Below, in pieces: positions 61,809 to 64,000 of a DNA stretch of 64,000 nt. The notes beneath the pieces are model-generated. The model saw only the letters and a list, made by a program, of their open reading frames with translations. It had not been told where the DNA came from and ran no database searches. The translations under genes and the position numbers were made by a program. Position 1 is the stretch's first letter, and each line of letters opens with the position of its first letter. The stretch is from positions 172,091-236,090 of IMG/VR virus record IMGVR_UViG_3300005544_000020; one strand, written 5' to 3'. The DNA is from a virus (taxonomy: Duplodnaviria > Caudoviricetes).

Positions 61809-62512
61809 GGACCATCCGCTACCAACTGGGCGCCGAGGAACTGATCGAGCTGGGCGGCGACAGCAAGGTCATCCTGAAGAACCGGAAGCCGTTTCTGGCT
61901 GGCCGGGTCGTGAAGCTCGGGATTCCGGAAGAGAACATCCTGGATACCTTGGCCATGGTCGGGAAGTTCGTGGCGGAGAGGCTCTCTTTGGCTCTCGACA
62001 CCCTTTCCCAGATCCTGAATGTGCCTCTGGGTGTCATTTCGCAGAGCGTGGACGTGGCGAGCCTGGTCATCTCGGATCTGCTCAAGAAGGTTCCCTCTAT
62101 CGGGAATCTTCTCGCGGAGATCCTTCTTCTGGGCGGAGCCTTGATGAAGTTCGGGCTTTCGATCCCAGGGCTCGTTCTTGGAGGCCTTGCCTGCCTGCTG
62201 GCCGGCATCGCCCAGGCCATGGACGGCCGTCCGGACACCCAGGCCCAGATCGACGCCGCCAAGGGGTCGATTCTGAACCAGGCTTCCGAGGATCTGAAGG
62301 ATCGGGTCGAAAAAATTATCGGAACCATCGGGATTTCAGAGGACAACCTGGCCCCCGACGTCACCGTCAGCGGCCAGCCTTTGACGACGCCCGCAGGCAC
62401 TTCTCTTTCGGGTGCGCCCCCTCCCCCCGTGCCCGGACTGAGCAATGCCTTGGCAGTCGGAGTCCCAGTCGTAGGCGCCGTGGCCTTGGTCACGGCGTTG
62501 GCCATGAAATGA
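61805..62512 (+). CDS. membrane protein, possible virion internal-membrane component
   Basis: Central hydrophobic helices and a C-terminal TM anchor. Confidence 0.65.
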   Translation: MRTIRYQLGAEELIELGGDSKVILKNRKPFLAGRVVKLGIPEENILDTLAMVGKFVAERLSLALDTLSQILNVPLGVISQSVDVASLVISDLLKKVPSIGNLLAEILLLGGALMKFGLSIPGLVLGGLACLLAGIAQAMDGRPDTQAQIDAAKGSILNQASEDLKDRVEKIIGTIGISEDNLAPDVTVSGQPLTTPAGTSLSGAPPPPVPGLSNALAVGVPVVGAVALVTALAMK

Positions 62513-62572
62513 TGGGGAGAAATTCGCCTAGGTCGGGCCTGTCGTCCGGCCGGCGTTTTTAAGGAGAACGAC

Positions 62573-63298
62573 ATGAAGAGCAAGAAGAAGAGCGCCGGCA
62601 AGGGCGACGGCAATGTCACCGTCGATCTGGGTGAGAAGCATCACCAGAAGATCGAGCGGATGATCGAGTCGAAGCTCGCCACCGCTGGCATGTCCGGCGC
62701 TCCGTCGAGCCTCGCGGCGAAGCTCGGCAGCAAGTCCGGCGCCTCGGGCCGTCCCGGGATGTTCGGCGGGGGCTACAAGCCCTGGTATTCGCGGTTCGGC
62801 AAGCCCTGGCTGGGTCAGGGTGAGGCCACGATGACGGCCTTCGCCGCCCCCGGGCGTCGGTTCAACATCATTCCGATCGAAGTCCAGACCGTGAAGACGG
62901 CGGACGTGCTGACCGGGATGGCGCTGGGCCTGATCGGTAACCGGGCCCTCGTCCGGTTGGTGCCGAAGCTCTGGGCCACGGCCGCGAGCAACGCGCTGAT
63001 CAATGAAGGCATCGCCTTCGCCGTGGGCCTCGTGCCCATGCTGTTCCAGCGCAAGGCGATGACGGTCGGTCTGGCGCTCCCCGGCGCGGTGTACTTCGCC
63101 GGAACGCTGGTCGACATGCTGTACAACGCGGTCGGCATGCCGGCGAAGCCCGCCAACATGTCCGGCGGCGCGTCGGCGACCCCGGCGGATCCGAATCAGG
63201 GCGCACGGGCGCGCCTGGCTCAGATTCAGCAGCGGATTAACACTCCGCAGGCGTCCCAGCAGCGCTCCCTTCCGCGGGTGATGGCGGTAGCGCAGTAG
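62573..63298 (+). CDS. G/A-rich multi-TM membrane protein, possible virion component
   Basis: Basic N-terminus, about three hydrophobic segments; ends TAG TAG. Confidence 0.7.
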   Translation: MKSKKKSAGKGDGNVTVDLGEKHHQKIERMIESKLATAGMSGAPSSLAAKLGSKSGASGRPGMFGGGYKPWYSRFGKPWLGQGEATMTAFAAPGRRFNIIPIEVQTVKTADVLTGMALGLIGNRALVRLVPKLWATAASNALINEGIAFAVGLVPMLFQRKAMTVGLALPGAVYFAGTLVDMLYNAVGMPAKPANMSGGASATPADPNQGARARLAQIQQRINTPQASQQRSLPRVMAVAQ

Positions 63299-63310
63299 TA
63301 GCTAGACCCC

Positions 63311-63490
63311 GCGCGGAGGGGGGTGCGTCCGTTGTCCTGCTTGGGGGGGGAAGCGTCGGGCGGACGCTTTCGAAGCAGGGTGGCGTGACGCCCCCCCTGG
63401 CGCGCACCGAAGTAGGGTAGTTGCAGTTGGTGTAAGAAGTACCGGCGGGACGATAAAACCTACCGGAGGCGACCCAGTCTCGAAAGGAGA
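63311..63490 (+). ncRNA. candidate structured RNA / 5' leader of the capsid-like gene
   Basis: Nested stems GCGCG..GGGGGG-T-GCGTC/GACGC-CCCCCC..CGCGC, CCTGCTT/AAGCAGG, AAGCGTC/GACGCTT, CCG-GTAGG/CCTAC-CGG, and GTCTC/GAGAC over the SD. Confidence 0.55.
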
Positions 63491-63495
63491 CAACC

Positions 63496-64000
63496 ATGTT
63501 CAGGCCCCCTGAGTATGCGGCGCTGATCAACCCGATTGCCTGCAACGCGTTCGCGATGCGGTGCGAGGGCCGGAATGACCTCGAGCAGACGCTCGTCGTC
63601 GATACCGGTCTGACCCCGGACGGCACGCCGATCAACGCGGTGGTTCTCGATGCCACCACGCAGTCGCAGGTCTGCGATGCGAAGCTGTTCGTGTGCCCGT
63701 TCATCAAGCTGCTGACCCCGGTCAGCCCGGACTACGCCGGAGCCTTCTTCCTGGCGCGGTTCACCTTCTCGATCGACGGTGAGAAGGTCGTGAACGATTC
63801 GGCGGTCGAGATGCACCTCGTGTGCCCGGCCTGCCAGATCGCGGTCCAGCCCTCGCCGGATTCGTCCGACGCCACGCTGGTCCGCCTCCTCCTCGGCCAG
63901 AGCGAGGACGAGGTCCTGGGCTGCTGCCAGATGTTCTTCCTCCCCAACGGCACGCGCATCGTCGCGACGCTGTCGGGGATCCCGACGGGCGCGGGGGCGA
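63496..64000 (+). CDS. beta-rich, Cys-rich protein, candidate vertical jelly-roll capsid protein (truncated by window edge)
   Basis: Translated by hand: MFRPPEY...FTFSIDGEKVVNDSAVEMHL...MFFLPNGTRIVATLSG; AAGGAG RBS; missed by the ORF track. Confidence 0.45.
   Translation, partial: MFRPPEYAALINPIACNAFAMRCEGRNDLEQTLVVDTGLTPDGTPINAVVLDATTQSQVCDAKLFVCPFIKLLTPVSPDYAGAFFLARFTFSIDGEKVVNDSAVEMHLVCPACQIAVQPSPDSSDATLVRLLLGQSEDEVLGCCQMFFLPNGTRIVATLSGIPTGAGA

Noticed and set aside
1-64000. Genome-wide TAG reassignment (code 15) or TGA reassignment (code 4/25)
   Set aside because: About 20 genes end cleanly at TAG, and TGA is the commonest stop, often in ATGA/GTGA overlaps; only one gene has an internal TGA
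1-64000. Integrase, transposase, reverse transcriptase/DGR or rRNA
   Set aside because: No matching motifs or template/variable repeat pairs were recognised by eye

Overview
This 64 kb window has high GC (roughly 60% by eye) and looks like part of a large bacterial virus genome. Sigma70-type promoters and GGAG ribosome-binding sites point to a bacterial host. Positions 1-54.6 kb hold about 100 densely packed, mostly ATGA/GTGA-coupled minus-strand genes. These include many tiny host-takeover ORFs, DNA-modification candidates (Mom-like, PAPS-reductase-like, DUF5131), an ADP-ribosyltransferase-fold protein and a macrodomain, an RNA ligase, DHH/HAD/LMW-PTP phosphatases, ThyX, a recombination set (PD-(D/E)XK nuclease, annealing-like protein, RusA-like, SSB) and a replication block (two UvrD paralogs, RepB-type primase, DinG-like helicase, a GTTAG-iterated ori candidate). 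From 54.7 kb the genes switch to the plus strand: a J-domain protein, a 794-aa coiled-coil protein, an active/inactive transglutaminase-like pair, two membrane proteins and a beta-rich jelly-roll-like capsid candidate cut by the window edge. No terminase, portal, HK97 capsid, tail or DNA polymerase gene is recognisable here, so this may be an unusually large tailless virus. The most striking signals are: (1) a canonical-fold tRNA with a CUA (amber) anticodon although TAG is still used as a stop; (2) an otherwise intact gene with an in-frame TGA where I recall homologs have Cys (selenocysteine candidate or nonsense mutation); (3) several unexplained structured RNA-like elements; (4) two families of promoter-embedded operator motifs. 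All family assignments come from motif recognition by eye, not database searches.
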